From Tubulanus polymorphus (lineage: Eukaryota; Animalia; Nemertea), in assembly GCF_964204645.1 (NCBI RefSeq), contig NC_134028.1:9300001-9364000 (forward strand): a DNA stretch of 64,000 nucleotides. Direction: 5' to 3'. A model generated the notes under the pieces. It had not been told where the DNA came from. It searched no databases and saw only the letters and a list, made by a program, of their open reading frames with translations. Shown piece by piece: positions 39,251-52,559 of the stretch (its first letter is position 1; each line of letters begins with the position of its first letter). Position numbers and translations under genes: made by a program.

Positions 39251-42200
39251 GCATGGATAGAAAAACAGTGAAACCCATTATGTCCTATAGGATAGCCGGT
39301 GGATTTAGGTCCTCCCTCGGTGGCAGTGAAATGTGGTACATTCATATAGCCTCATAACTTAAAGCTCGATTCCAGATTGAAATAAACTATAACTTAAGAT
39401 CACTAATGATAAACGGTTTCCTGTAAAATGTGGCAAATGTTTAATAGTTTAAGGTTCAGAGATAATTCGCTTCTCTATTTTCTTTTGAATATTCCTTTCA
39501 AAAATACTCTACTAGGCAGTAGCGTTGGCAAGGAGGAGAATTTTTACAATTTCCGAACAGAGTGTAGGAATGATGCTGAACACGAGACGATTTTCCAATC
39601 CATTAGATCCCTGTAACTGCCTCCGGTCCGGCCGACATTACACTGATAGGAATCTGACATAATCTTAATTCCAACAATGTCGAATGCGATTGTGACAACG
39701 TTTGAGGACGTCGGCATTTGAAGACCGTCTAAAAAAATTTGATAAACACAAAGAATTCCCGATTAACTTGTCTAACGTTAATTCAACTGGCAAATCGTCC
39801 TTACAGTTCAAATTCGCTTAATCTTTCAAGGAAGGCTTATATTTTCACTCAACATATCCTATCCATCATAAACGCTGTCATTGATATTTCATTTTTTTTT
39901 CTAAAACATCGACACGATACCACGTGCTTAGATGGACTCCGAAGACTTACGCACCTATACGCGAGTTACGTAGTATGCATATTATAGATACGTTCAGAGC
40001 GAACCTCACCCTGCCCCCAGGTAACACGGCGTTGTCATCCTTTTATCATGTGACAACTATTTGATGTTTTTACTTTTAACGGTAGTAATAATATTTCTGC
40101 TCAGAATTTACCTTCAGTGGGTGTACTGCGTGTGAACGGTGCTATTAATAGAAAACAGATCGGTTAGGCTCTATGCGCGTTTCGTGGTAAATATCGTGCG
40201 CTCGGAAAAAAAACCACCAATACGTAGTTTATTTCGGGATTGTTGTTGTCAATATACGCTATATGATATCAGACAATCGAAGTCTGGTTTGAGCAAGAAA
40301 ACTGACTTGAAAGTTCATTGACGCCTTGAAAAACAACAAGATGATATTGATGATATGCACATGTAATATCAAGTATCAATGAAGTTTTTTAGATTTGAAT
40401 ATATCAATAATTGAATTGAATTGACCGGCAACCAGTCTAACCCCGACATATTAATGACGTATCAAAAGTGCTAATCAATTCCGTTACAAAATAAAAACCA
40501 AAATTCACGGTAATTGTTATTGTGGAACGCCAATATTGATGACGTAGTGCACATCGACTCACACAGAACCCATCATATAACGCATTATCAATGCATGTAA
40601 ACATTATTGTAACGGTTTTTACTTCGTCAAAAAATTACATACATATATACTAATTTCAAAATATACGAATGCTGGATTTACGAAATTCAGAATGTTTTGA
40701 AAATATCATCTCTTGGTCATCCCATAGTTTACTGGTGTATTCCCTCCCTCTGAAAGCTCGTTTGTATCGGCTTCGGTTAAGACAACCGAACTCTAGCAAG
40801 CGGAGATATTACGTACGGACGAGTCACGTGTCTATACGGTCTGGACGTCGTGTATTATTGATCCCAGTTCGTGTTCGAAAATAATTCGAGCATGATTTTT
40901 TTTCAATAATCGATAGAAAGTTCTGATCGTTATTTCACCATCGATACGATAAGCGACTGCCGATGGGGAGTGCTCGTGCGAAATGACTAATATTAGAACT
41001 GTATTATCAATAATACTTTCTATTTTATCGTAGATTTACGACAGAGTTCTATATTTAAGTTCCAGGCCTACGTCGTGTAGATCAAACGTGATACCCACTA
41101 CATCTTAGAGAATTGATTTTAGAATTCAACCCACCACTTAAATCGCGTTGCCCGTAGTTATAGTGAATGAATCGCGCTGTTATATTGAGTCTCAACTCAA
41201 ATTCATCGTATTTCGTGAAATTCCTGAAGTGTTTTCGATTTTTCGCGTATGGTGCTTTTTGTCCACGGGCCAGGGTGGTGGCTGGTTTTAATTGTATCAG
41301 GGGAAACGTTTTGACTGCGAAGTACCTTACGAAATCTCACAATAGGGTATGTCATTACGAATCGATCGACCCCATCCCATAAACGCGAGTACGGACCCAC
41401 CCAAAATATATCTCACATTATAATTTGAATGTCTTTGTAAACGATGATTTGGTCGACTTTTAACAACGATAAAGTGAAGAATTAGACAACTATGTGAGAT
41501 AATCATGATCAAATGGCTTAAGGCCTGTTCCATTCAATCATATCTGCCTTCCTGGTCATATTAGGACTGTTGTTAACTGGAAATCATTTGAAAAATAGAA
41601 ATGGGGATTGTTTTCAGGGATAATAACGTGAATTGCTTTTCACGATACATCCAAATCGCGGAGGGACATCGATATATAGCACAAAGAACAACTGCATCAA
41701 CTTGAAATACCAACCTCTGTTTTTTTTCTTGAAATATAGGGATCGAGCTAGTCATAGATTTCGTTTGATTATTTGGTGTCCCTTACAAACCCCATATACC
41801 TGCCTGCATCGAAACAGGGGTTATGATTTTGAAATCGGAAATCGAAGTACAGATATAATTGTTTGATCGGTGGTTGAGTTGACAGAATTCTTTTTTTGTG
41901 TAAATCGAAGAACATGATTGGGAAATTTGTTTTTAGTATATTATATAAGTCCGTGCCAAAAAATTTGTATCCAAGTAGTAAGTTGTTAGCATTATTATAA
42001 CATCATGTATGTAATAAGCTTCTAGGTAATCAAGATTTTGAGTTCTTAACCTTCGCTGTCGTTGCTGGCTGAAGGGCGTACGTACATGTTGCTAATTCGA
42101 TGTAGATTCCTACTAAACTAATTTCAGATAATGAACGCTTGAGAGACGACATGTCAACAAGTGTCCACCGCGACCAGTAGTTCATCTGTAACAGAAAACT

Positions 42201-45200
42201 AACTTCATTTGCGGAATGATCGTCCTGAGTGTCCGTTATAGGAACTTAGCTTAATTAGTATCGGTGTATATAGCGACGGCTAGAATCTGTACGGTTGATA
42301 ATTAAATTTATCAGATTGGGAGACATATAGGGTGGCGTAACCGTAGGATAGCGCATCAATCACACTAATCCCATCGGCGTATGTGTCTAATAGAGTTTTT
42401 GGATCATATTCTGCAGGTTGTTGATATGTAACCGAACAGGATTTGTGTACAGCAGCAATTCTGAGCTTTTCATATGCCATTCTATGATTCGTAAAAGCAA
42501 ACATCATTGATATGAACAGTCTTGCTGTAATAGTTCGGTATGCTTCCACCGAGGACCATATAGATTGCAGCCCTATGAAGCATGATTAGATTCGGGACCT
42601 ATATTTCTAAGATAGAAATCATGGCGTATCCTCACCATATGTCGGGCTTGTATAGAGTTTCACCCGAAGGTGTTCGCGGTTCTTATAGAAACGCTTTAAA
42701 AACGCATGTTTCTTTATCGTGTGTTATTCCAATGCATTATACACGCCACACAATGGACTTCGTGTTTTCAAAACTGACGCGAATCGTGAAAACCTTGTCT
42801 GATGTATGGAACCCAGCGGGGTCCAGCCCTCTCCCAGTCAATCATACATTGATCCCGGGCCCCTTGACCTATGTCGATTCGGCTCGAAAACGCCGTCGAT
42901 TTATACCGGCTTTATATTTGCCCGCATTTGCGCGATATTTCCGAGCAGCAAGGCCTTAAAAGTAATCTATTTTTTCTACTCAAGTATAGCCACAGGTTAA
43001 ATCCATTTAATTCACTCGAACCCCACTGAGCCGCATTGTGCTGCGGGCTGTTATTCTCCGGCGTACATGAAATGCCATTTCATTCGCCATAAACATTATT
43101 CCTATCAAAACTCATTTAAAAACTGTAAAAGGCCAAGCGATGTGCCCCTATCGAAAAAAATATCGGCATCGGTTCTAAGACGTTTTATAGTTATATCATT
43201 AGCGAGCAATTGCGTAATTATTTTCACGAAATCAAATAAAACGCGAATTCCAATAGAAATTCCTACGTACGCTTGATTTATGGTGTAAATCCGACTTCTG
43301 TAATACTAATGAGGTTTTAAACATTCGAACCGTCACATCTGGCTTCGTAAAACGGTTTTAATTGGAGACAAATTAGGATTAGAGGGTTTGAATAATAGAA
43401 ATGGGCTATTTAAATGCTTCAAACTGTTTGCGATCGTTTTGTTCGGTGTTTCTAAACAAGCAATACATGATGAATATGTTCAAGTTGGCAGAACTAAGTC
43501 GTTACAACCTCGTAGTAATTATCTAGACAAGATTATGACTCCAGGTTACAAAAATCAAAGAAACTTAAAGTATAGAAGTTTTAAGTATAGTTTTAGCTCC
43601 ACAATCTATTCTAAGCGAGAACTCAATAGACTCTCAATGCGTTTTGAAATTTTTGCCATTTCATCATAAAAATTAGAAAAACATCCAGGAAACTTCGCAT
43701 TAGCTCGCATTCGCTCTGACATGCTCCTTGTCGTCTCTAGTTCTTTTGGCATGGTTAAGGTGACAGGCCGAATCTTCTAAATGATAATGTGGATATTCCA
43801 AATTAGAAATTATCTTTAAAAGCTAGCAGCGAAACAAATTATGCATTCTCTGCGGATCGAACCTGGGCCTCGTGCACCAGGAACCCCTACTTTGCTGTTC
43901 TTAGATAAGCTGGACTCCATATAGTTAAATTAGTTCATCTCCAATGTTTTAACTCCCTGTGTCACCCAGATTATTGAATCCGAAAAGCATCCTGAACTAT
44001 GTATCCTGAGTCTATGGTCATATCAACCGAGACCGCGTAGATGCTCCCTAGTGACCGTGTAAAGGTTCTGCTTCAAATCGTATTTGCGTAAAGTACTCTC
44101 TTCTGCATCTCTTCTTCCTTCTTTTCCTCATTCTCTGCCCGCTAAGTTCTGCTATTTTCACTCGCGTGTGTGGTCCTTTGACTTCTACTTATCATTGTGT
44201 TAGTCAATTTTGCGTCCGCAGTTAGATAGGGTAAGAGCTTTAACCTCTCCATTTCTCACTCGGTACTGACTCGGGATATAAGTAAGAGGTAATCGCCGGT
44301 ATAGTTTGTTTAAAGAGTGAGAGGTATTTACTCTCAGTTCTCTCGAACGTGATGAAGCATTAAATTTATTCACTTCACTCTGTCAGCTTTAATACACAAG
44401 AAGCGAGTACTCTATCGTACGCGACTCTGTACGGTTGGCGGTTCGATACCGACGTTTTTTCTTTTGGGGAAATATTTCGTCGAAATCGTTTAGATCTGGG
44501 AAATGAATTGAGAAATTGTGGAGCGCACGACTATACTCGCACTAGGAAATATTCTGTTACCCAATGTATTTCTCGTGTTCCTCAACCAAGAAATAAAGTC
44601 CAAAAACATGGATCCCGTAGCGGGGGTGCATGGTGGGGTGGTGCGGTGCGTACCCCTCGAGTTCTGGAGTTCCGCTGCATCCCAGAAAAACACATCTACA
44701 GGCAAATGAATTTAAACATTTTTCGCTATTAGGATTACGCTCCCCCCATCAAAACCCGACGCTACGGCCACGGAAAGTGTCTTATTAACGGGCTTCTAAA
44801 TCTATTCTTAAATCTTAGTTCTCTCGCCGCATCAGGCCGACGGGTTTTTTTAGCTCCCTTAGATCACTGCATCGAACATCCCTAAAAGACCGCGCGATAT
44901 ATGTGTTTCTCCATTTGCGAAACGACGCATAAAAAAGAATTGTTACGCGTCTGACCAGCAGAACATTCTCAGCACTAGCGATTCCGGTAAGAGTTACGGA
45001 GAGATGTCTGTGATGTGGTGCCGAGTTTGTAATCTCTTTAAATCAGTCGTTTTATCGCCCGTCTGCCGCGTGTGAAATCAATGTCATTAACCCGTTACAC
45101 ATCTCTGCCCTTTTACGATCCCCCCTATTGATCTATCAGTCGTACCGTTGACAAGATTTGTGTTTTCCTGTAACCCGATACGCCAGGTTAATGTAAAACG

Positions 45201-46250
45201 CTACTTGTTGATTTTGTACTCGGCGCACGCTAACGCGGTGAAGAGGCGACTGCGTGATCAACTAGCGTGTACACACAAAGAGCGCGCTATATCATCGTTA
45301 AAAAAAAACTAAAGAAAGCGAACATTTTAATCATTACTAAAATGAATAGAAATGTTAATACTATACAGCGTACTACACATTTAAAAGATTAAAAACGATA
45401 TTAAAACCACGGTATGTACAAGATTTAAAAGTTTTAAAAACTCGAGAATTCATTCAATCAAAAATTGATTTAAAAGACACGATTTTTCGAACTCACACTA
45501 TAGTGAGATCATCGTCACACCCGAGTGTGGTTATTCTACCGCGATATTCTGATAACTATGAAAAGAAAGAACTCAAAAAAAATTGTGAAGTTAGTCTTCC
45601 CTATAAATGAAGTGAAATCGTTGCAAATTTCGAGATTTTAATGTTCATAACTATACCGGTAATTCCTTTATTCTTGTGCGTATACTAGCAACAAGTAACC
45701 ATCCCCTAAAGTTTTTTGATATTCATACGACGGTGCGGCGTCTCCTTCCAGGCAAACGATATACGCTTTTCCCATCAATGGTACTCTCGTCCATGTCTTG
45801 TCTGATATGGACTCTCTTGTCTGATGGACACTCGTGCGCGATTCAGCGAATTGCGCCGTTACCATTTCATATTTATATCTATAAGTATCAGGTTTTAAGC
45901 CGTTGTTATGCAAAGAGTTATACTTATTGATAACGGCAATTGCAAATGTTTACGACTCGATGATAAACAATAGATGTTTAATCGGGCTTGTTTTATCGCG
46001 TGGATAATTTATCAATTGTATCGGTTACGTAAACCGATATCAAATCGCTAACCAAAATGCGGATAGTATATTTCGTTGATAGTTAAACATACCAATAATT
46101 CTTATTTTGTAACATCAACCCATTTGAATACAGTAGAGAACAGTGGCTATAACGAACTTCACGGGACCAGAAAATATATTCGTTATAACCGATAGTTCGT
46201 AGAGGTGCGAGCGAGTATGCTCTTACGCCTCCTTGGTCATACAGTCCTCT

Positions 46251-46379
46251 TTTTTAAAGTACAAATAAATTTTATTAAACAAAGTCAATAGTATATACAA
46301 AATAAATACATGCTAAGGTCCAAAGGACATTATAAGCAATTACAATTGTCATAGAAATAACAGTGGCATTTGACTGTGA
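46251..46379 (-). mobile_element. 5'-truncated non-LTR retroposon insertion with 14-bp TSD
   Basis: TCATACAGTCCTCT at 46237-46250 and 46380-46393. The insert ends on - with AATAAA and a short A-tail. Confidence 0.75.
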
Positions 46380-47589
46380 TCATACAGTCCTCTCTCGCAC
46401 AGCCAGCCCATCCCTTTCAGCTATGGCATTGGCGAAATAATCCACGAATTCATATGCCCTTGAAAATGGGAGAAAAAAATGGATGGTATTCACAGCAAGC
46501 CTGAGAATGTCGGCCATATTGTGAACCAGGGAGTCAAAATTGGAAATAGATGTATGCCTCTAATGGGGGTCGAGGACTTTTATGGACGGCTGATAATCTA
46601 CTACGACGTTATGCCCAGTGTAGTCAAATCATTTGAAATATCACGTTTACCTAATGCTTCTTCTCATCTATACAATAGTGAATCATATACCCTCCTATGA
46701 TATCGTAAATCTGCTCTACCTTGAACATTTAAGTCAGATATCTATCGGGATGTAGACACAGCGAATGCACTTAATGTTAGCAGAGAAAATAATGAAATGT
46801 ACATTGTATTGATAGTCAATTTGATGGTTGTTATAATAATTATAGGCGTATTTACCGTTGCAGGTATGAAGCTACTAAATAGCTCAGTTATCTTACAATA
46901 TTTGCTTTAGACTGTTGTTATCTCGGGGGGGATGAAGATGCGATGGTTTTTACGGAGGTAAATTGTCGATCGGTTTTGAAAGAAAACTCGACGATCGGGG
47001 CAAGATAAACCCTCCCGTTCCGACGAGACAAACATAGATATCTCCCGCAGTTAGCGATAAGATCTATAATCGTCTTATCACTGGGAGATAAGATCGACGA
47101 TAAACCCATCCTCGCTTACTGCCTTCCGCGAGGTAAAACTAATACTGTTGGTTCGGGTGTTTTCGAACTTATGCTTTTCAAGGACATCGGTCGATCACGA
47201 TTTTGACGACGTAAGTGTTTCCAGTTCTTTTTCAACGCAGGACCACAGTACCAGCTATCCCTCCAGAGGGCGTGGCGAGCACTCGGTCTCAAATTTTGTT
47301 TTTTTTTCACGTTTTATATTCAATTTTGTCTCCATGTGCTATTCTTATGGTTGGACTGAAATAAATATATTATCTTATTGTATCTTGCGATACCAAAATA
47401 AGTTCATTTTCGATTAACTTGAATTTGATTATTCAAACACCCGTGTCCAAATACTATCGCACGAGCATCCTTCTTCTATAGATAGAGATCCAGTATGCAT
47501 CGACATCTAAACCTAACGGGCTGGAATCATGGATCTGTAAGCGGTACTGGACCTATAGACGCATGAGGAGCGGTTTTTGTAATTTTAAT

Positions 47590-47796
47590 TTAAGGCAAAA
47601 TGATACCCCGTTTCTCCTGATCGGCCGGGTCACTTCAGTGATACCGCGATGAAATTTGTAATCAGTTCATTTCTATAGCTGCTGGGTATGTTATGGTAAG
47701 CTTGATCGTGATTTTGAAAAAGTTATGTACAGACCGGGTCAACATTTAAGCTAAGCACACTAAGGAGAAACGACTTATCATTTTTATCAGCCTTAA
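47590..47796 (+). mobile_element. TTAA-bounded MITE family D (also about 57572-57798 +, 27080-27290 -, 56403-56515 internally deleted)
   Basis: TTAAGGC..AAATGATA ... TATCATTTT..GCCTTAA ends. Shared core atcagttcatttcta.agctgct...gttatgg...cttgatc.tgattt and ccgggtcaac.tttaagct. Confidence 0.75.
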
Positions 47797-50255
47797 TTCT
47801 CCATTTTCTGATTACAATATAACGTATGATCCGATAAAATATATGAACCCGTTACCATGACAATTGACTGTACGTGTTTAAATGCATTCCGTAAGCAATG
47901 GTAAAAAGTACAACAACAACTGTTCGGTGTCAACTTTCACTCGGTTTTGGTTCGCGATAATTCGGTTTAATGCGAATTCAATCAGTATTCTAAACGAGGA
48001 TGCGGATCGTTCTCGACTGTGTTGTTCGGTTACCGGTGGCTGTTCATCATTGCGCAACGGCAGCGGGGCGGTTAGTAACGGGCAACAGCCGTTTTAAGAA
48101 TCGAGAAGGAAAGCTTCTTATAAAACCCCTCCGTAAAACGCATCTGTGCGTGTAATGCACGCAGGCTGTAAATAATCCGGCTGAAGTGTCTCAAAATACA
48201 CAACAATAGAATTCTGAGTATATCGGACGAAAACGTATCTACAGCTTAGCTTAAAACCCCGAGGACAGTGTGTGTATGTTTTGCGTAGTATAATAAAGTA
48301 AACTTAAACTCAAATAGATACGAATAAATAGACATATGAATTTTTCTAAGTGGACTGGATTCTACGTTTCGCTCCATTCATCGCGGATTAAAGACACTGC
48401 CGATGGTTACAGTTCATACTGAGAAGAGAATTGTAATCGTTGACGAAAAAAATTCCATTCCTCCAATGAGTCTTTTTTATTTTCATCATTATCAGTGGTG
48501 CGTTTCTTTATCCACGTATATTCATTAGTAGCTGTGTGTCGATTCTTATGATGAATAATTAATTTCAACCAGTTTTTGAACAGGCACGCCGAATCGGACC
48601 CGTGTATTACTCATTGTATATTAACGATTTCGATCGATGATTGTGGAATTTATGTTGCTCTGCTTTTCCCCCTGGATGACACCATGGATGTTCTACGGTG
48701 GCAAGCGAGGATCCGCTATATTCGGTTCTCGGGCATAATACGACTAGAACAAACATGGGCAATATCCCCAAAAAAATTTCGAGTGACTGGTTGATTTGCT
48801 TTCAAATGACTTTTCGAACAGATGCAATATTAAGATTAAATCATTTTTAAATGTGTTTTCTAATCGAGATATCCAAAGTAGCGTTGATTCTAGACGTCGT
48901 TTCAGCAATGGATCCTTTTTCGGTCAGTCAACCCGCCAGATGTGGTGTTGGTCAAAACCAGGAGTCTTAAGCTAATTCTTATTCTCAGCGACACAGAATC
49001 TGATGGTGCCATGTATACATAGCGATATGTATGATCCAGTTATAGGTCTAGCAGTTGATTAGACTTATAGCTGCTAACTTTCCACGTATGCGAAAACGCT
49101 GCCCATGTCTCGTAGACCATTCTGATTACCGGTATTCAAGAATGATCGATATTAACACAAACTTCGAGTTATAGAACGATTTACGTAGCCGGGAAATATC
49201 CAAACGAATCGAAGGAAAAGTTATCCTTTCATTAACAGACCCCAGTTCCGAGGGTAAAGTGACATTCTCTTGCTATAAACACTTCACCGACTTCTTAAGA
49301 AAATCATACCAACGCAAAACCCTCGATAAACAATGGCAATAAGCTAAAGTTTCTGATATGTAGCATACGCATATATCATCGGGATTTGCGGCATTTCGGT
49401 CGATAGTCTGATTATATTGTTGGCCCGATACGACAAACTTCTATAGTTAACAAAAACCTATTGTTCATTCTAGTGCCGATGTATGTATATGTATAAAATG
49501 GAGGGTCTCTTTTCGCTGATTTACGATATACGTCAATAATTAACTAGTATTAGTCACTGATAGTATAAGATGAATTAATAGCTAATTCTTAATGATACAA
49601 CAGCTCAAGTAGCGGTTTCTACATAGGTGATGTGCCAGTGAACTATATAGTCTATTTAATCGACCTACTCGTGAGAAAGTCTTTTGACAAGCGTCACGTA
49701 TATACTTGGATGTCCAATAGGAACAAACTGGAATATGAAATTCAAGATTCGTTGAAAAGTCAGGGAATTTTGTAAAAAACCTAAAAATCGGTGATTGCTA
49801 GATCGCGCATAAAATGAAACAGTTTCCGTTCATATCTTACGTATTTAACTGTTTAAATTGATCGGATCTTTAGCATATCGAATCAGGAAAAAAACGTGCA
49901 TGTCGAGGAATAGTCAGGGAAAAAGTGAGTCAAATAAATGTGGCGACCCTGTCAGAGTCATACCCAGTCACGACTGGTCTCTATAAAGTGTGCTAGGTGT
50001 CTTGATGTTGAACTCGAGTCAACTCAAGGATTTTGCAGGTCCACTGTTCGTTTAACTCGACCAGATTGAAAAGCGGATAATTCAACGAACTTCAACTCAA
50101 ACCATGCGATACCGTGAAAATGATATAGCTTCTTGGTTATGATCGGCAGAGATAGCCAATCGCATACGTACCTACCAAAGTGGTTTCCTTAGTTGCGCAG
50201 TCAATGTTTGAGATTTAAGATCAGTCATAATCCAGTTTCATCCTGTTGCTATATC

Positions 50256-50493
50256 TGGGGTTGATCTAGGGGGCTGATACAGGTAGGGGAGGGGTACGCC
50301 CCAGAATAGGGCACCTGATCATCGGAAAACATAAACTATTTTCAAAAATACTGAGAACATGGATTTAAACGTTTTAGGTATATATTAGTAGATATCCTAT
50401 AGCGCATATTTTTCATTTTCCCTAAGAATTTCAGGGCAACTTGATATTTTAGGGGGTTGGGGCACCCTCTGCACCCTCCCTGGACCCACCCCT
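50256..50493. mobile_element. hAT-like MITE with G-rich/C-rich ends
   Basis: tggggttgatctagggg ... ccctggacccacccctg. Related single ends at about 34047, 35887 and 44607. Confidence 0.5.
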
Positions 50494-51145
50494 GACTAAC
50501 CTAATGTCAATGCTCGCAGTATAACCAGGGTTTGTTTTTGGATGCGTTCGCGGAACCGTCCAAACACCGCTTCCTAAAAACAACCCCGCGATCATGAATG
50601 ACGCAACCTTAAGAACACAAATGTTTAGACGGAACTGCAGTACAGACAGACCTGATGGCGATATGTTTGCAGTAGGAAGAGTGACATTGACACATAGGTT
50701 TAGAATTTTTCACCGTCAATTATCGGGTCCAATTCCAACAAACAAAGCCATTAAAGCATAAAAAATCCATGTGTCAATCTTGTGCAACTTGTGAAGGATT
50801 CCATCCGCTGATTGTTACCGGAAACGAGGCCGCGATAATTAACTGGAATATCGATTTTTGCAACTTGTTGACTGGTTCAGTTTATGTATTGACAATACAA
50901 ATGGACTGGTGTCCGCTAGAGTGATGACGGACGTGACGTGATCAGCTTCAATCTAATCTAGACATTAATCAAATATACAAAATCGAAACACAGTCTCGAT
51001 TGAGCAATATGAGAGAAATCCAAATACTGTATACACACGCGCGTCTTAACAGATAACGGGGCTCTCTCGAATTACGAAACCGCAAGTTTATTTATAAATT
51101 TCTGATGATTTGTGACTTACGTTTCGTTGTTCTTGTATTTTTCAG

Positions 51146-51761
51146 ACAACAAATGCCGGCGACGTTGCCCGGGCAACTGACCATGGAAAAAACGCCGTGT
51201 TACTTCGTCACAAAAGATGCGCCGAGAAAGATCTTCAACATGGATAAGAATATCAAGTTGATACTAGTAGTGAGAGACCCGGTGACTCGAGCTATCTCAG
51301 ATTATACGCAGAGCTTAAGCAAAAGGACAGCTAAAAAGCCATTTGCCGATTTGGCCTTGTTGCGAAATTCGACCGTCGTCGACGGCCATTGGGGGGCTAT
51401 ACGCATTGGCATGTACGCGGTACATTTAGAGCGCTGGCTTCGTTATTTCCCGATGGAACAAATTCACGTAGTCAGCGGCGAAAAACTCATCTCGGAACCG
51501 GCGAAAATAATGGCCGGCGTGCAGGGCTTTCTCGGCATTAAAAACATCATCAACGAAAAACATTTCTTCTTCAACGAAACGAAAGGATTTCCGTGCTTGA
51601 AGAAAGGCGAGAGCAGCGCGCGACCGCATTGTCTCGGTAAAACGAAAGGGCGCCAACACCCGTACATAGACCCTCGCGTCATCGTGAGGTTAAGACAATT
51701 CTTTCGGCCGTTCAATAAGAAATTCGAAGAGCTAACCGGAATGAAATTCGGGTGGACGTAG
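51146..51761 (+). CDS. HS3ST: HS3ST coding exon 2 (rest of the sulfotransferase domain)
   Basis: [20 protein letters not shown] (3'-PB motif), KGFPCLKK...[13 protein letters not shown] (Cys pair and KGR motif), stop TAG 51759-51761. AATAAA at 51861. Confidence 0.97.
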
Positions 51762-52487
51762 CACGCCTCGCGTTACCGTATAGAATTTCTATTAAGAACA
51801 AATTGAAACCATGTGCTATTATTTTTTTTCGAATCGACAAGACTTAATTCGCTGCGTGAAAATAAATGACGTTGCCTCGTATTGTGGACAATCATTTCGG
51901 GAAAAACGTGTCTGCTAAAACGTAGTCGTAGGTGTCGGCTATACCCACATCTGTGACGTGCGGAGGACAGAGACATCTATTGTCATCCAGTGTTATCTCG
52001 TGGTTGCGAAGCATAATCAACTTGTAAATAGATAAGATAACAAAATAAGATATATAAAATGATAAACAGACTAATGTTTATTACTGCTACAAATATATTT
52101 CTGATTGTATCGAACTTTGCGGATGCATTCGGACCTATTTAAAACACTTCTTCTATCAGTCGCGGACTATAGCGGAGTGGTTTTTTTTGTGAATCAGTAT
52201 AACACGAGTTATTTTTCAAATCACCCGTTTCTCATTTATTCACACGTCAAATATTATTGAGTTTCACAAAGTCAGATATAGATGTATCATCTATAGATTC
52301 TTATTTTACTAGATGTTTATTAATAGGTTATTATTGCTCAGTGAATGGACAATTGAGAGAAATGGATATATCACGGTTTATCTATAGAATTGTAGGTAGT
52401 TTCTAAAGGATCAGCTTATCATTAAAAAAAAACACGGGCAACTTTTATGCTCAATTCTCAGTCTGGTGTGGGAAAAAATAACCGCCT

Positions 52488-52559
52488 GGGCTCGTCCGGG
52501 AATCGAACCCGGGACCTCTCGCACCCGAAGCGAGAATCATACCTCTAGACCAACGAGCC
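52488..52559 (-). tRNA. trnP: tRNA-Pro(CGG)
   Basis: 72-nt tRNA-Pro on -, anticodon loop TT-CGG-GT; A-run terminator at about 52473. Confidence 0.96.

Noticed and set aside
37823-40439. Inverted tagactggttaccggtc / gaccggcaaccagtcta as TIRs of a 2.6-kb transposon
   Set aside because: Both are internal to oppositely oriented copies of repeat family B, whose similarity extends beyond them; there is no TSD or transposase.
43845-43920. tRNA gene on - (B-box-like ggttcgatcc)
   Set aside because: No cloverleaf can be formed; at most a decayed SINE head.
45676-46700. Reverse-transcriptase-like fragments (FDIHTTVRR; IVNQGVKIG)
   Set aside because: Resemblance to the GVxQG motif is too weak, and no YADD motif follows.
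51105-51145. ORF-track N-terminus [13 protein letters not shown] as the start of a single-exon gene
   Set aside because: It is the polypyrimidine tract/acceptor; the protein would lack the 5'-PSB loop supplied by exon 1.
51426-51715. Two antisense ORFs over HS3ST exon 2
   Set aside because: Shadow ORFs of GC-richer coding sequence with no recognisable motif.
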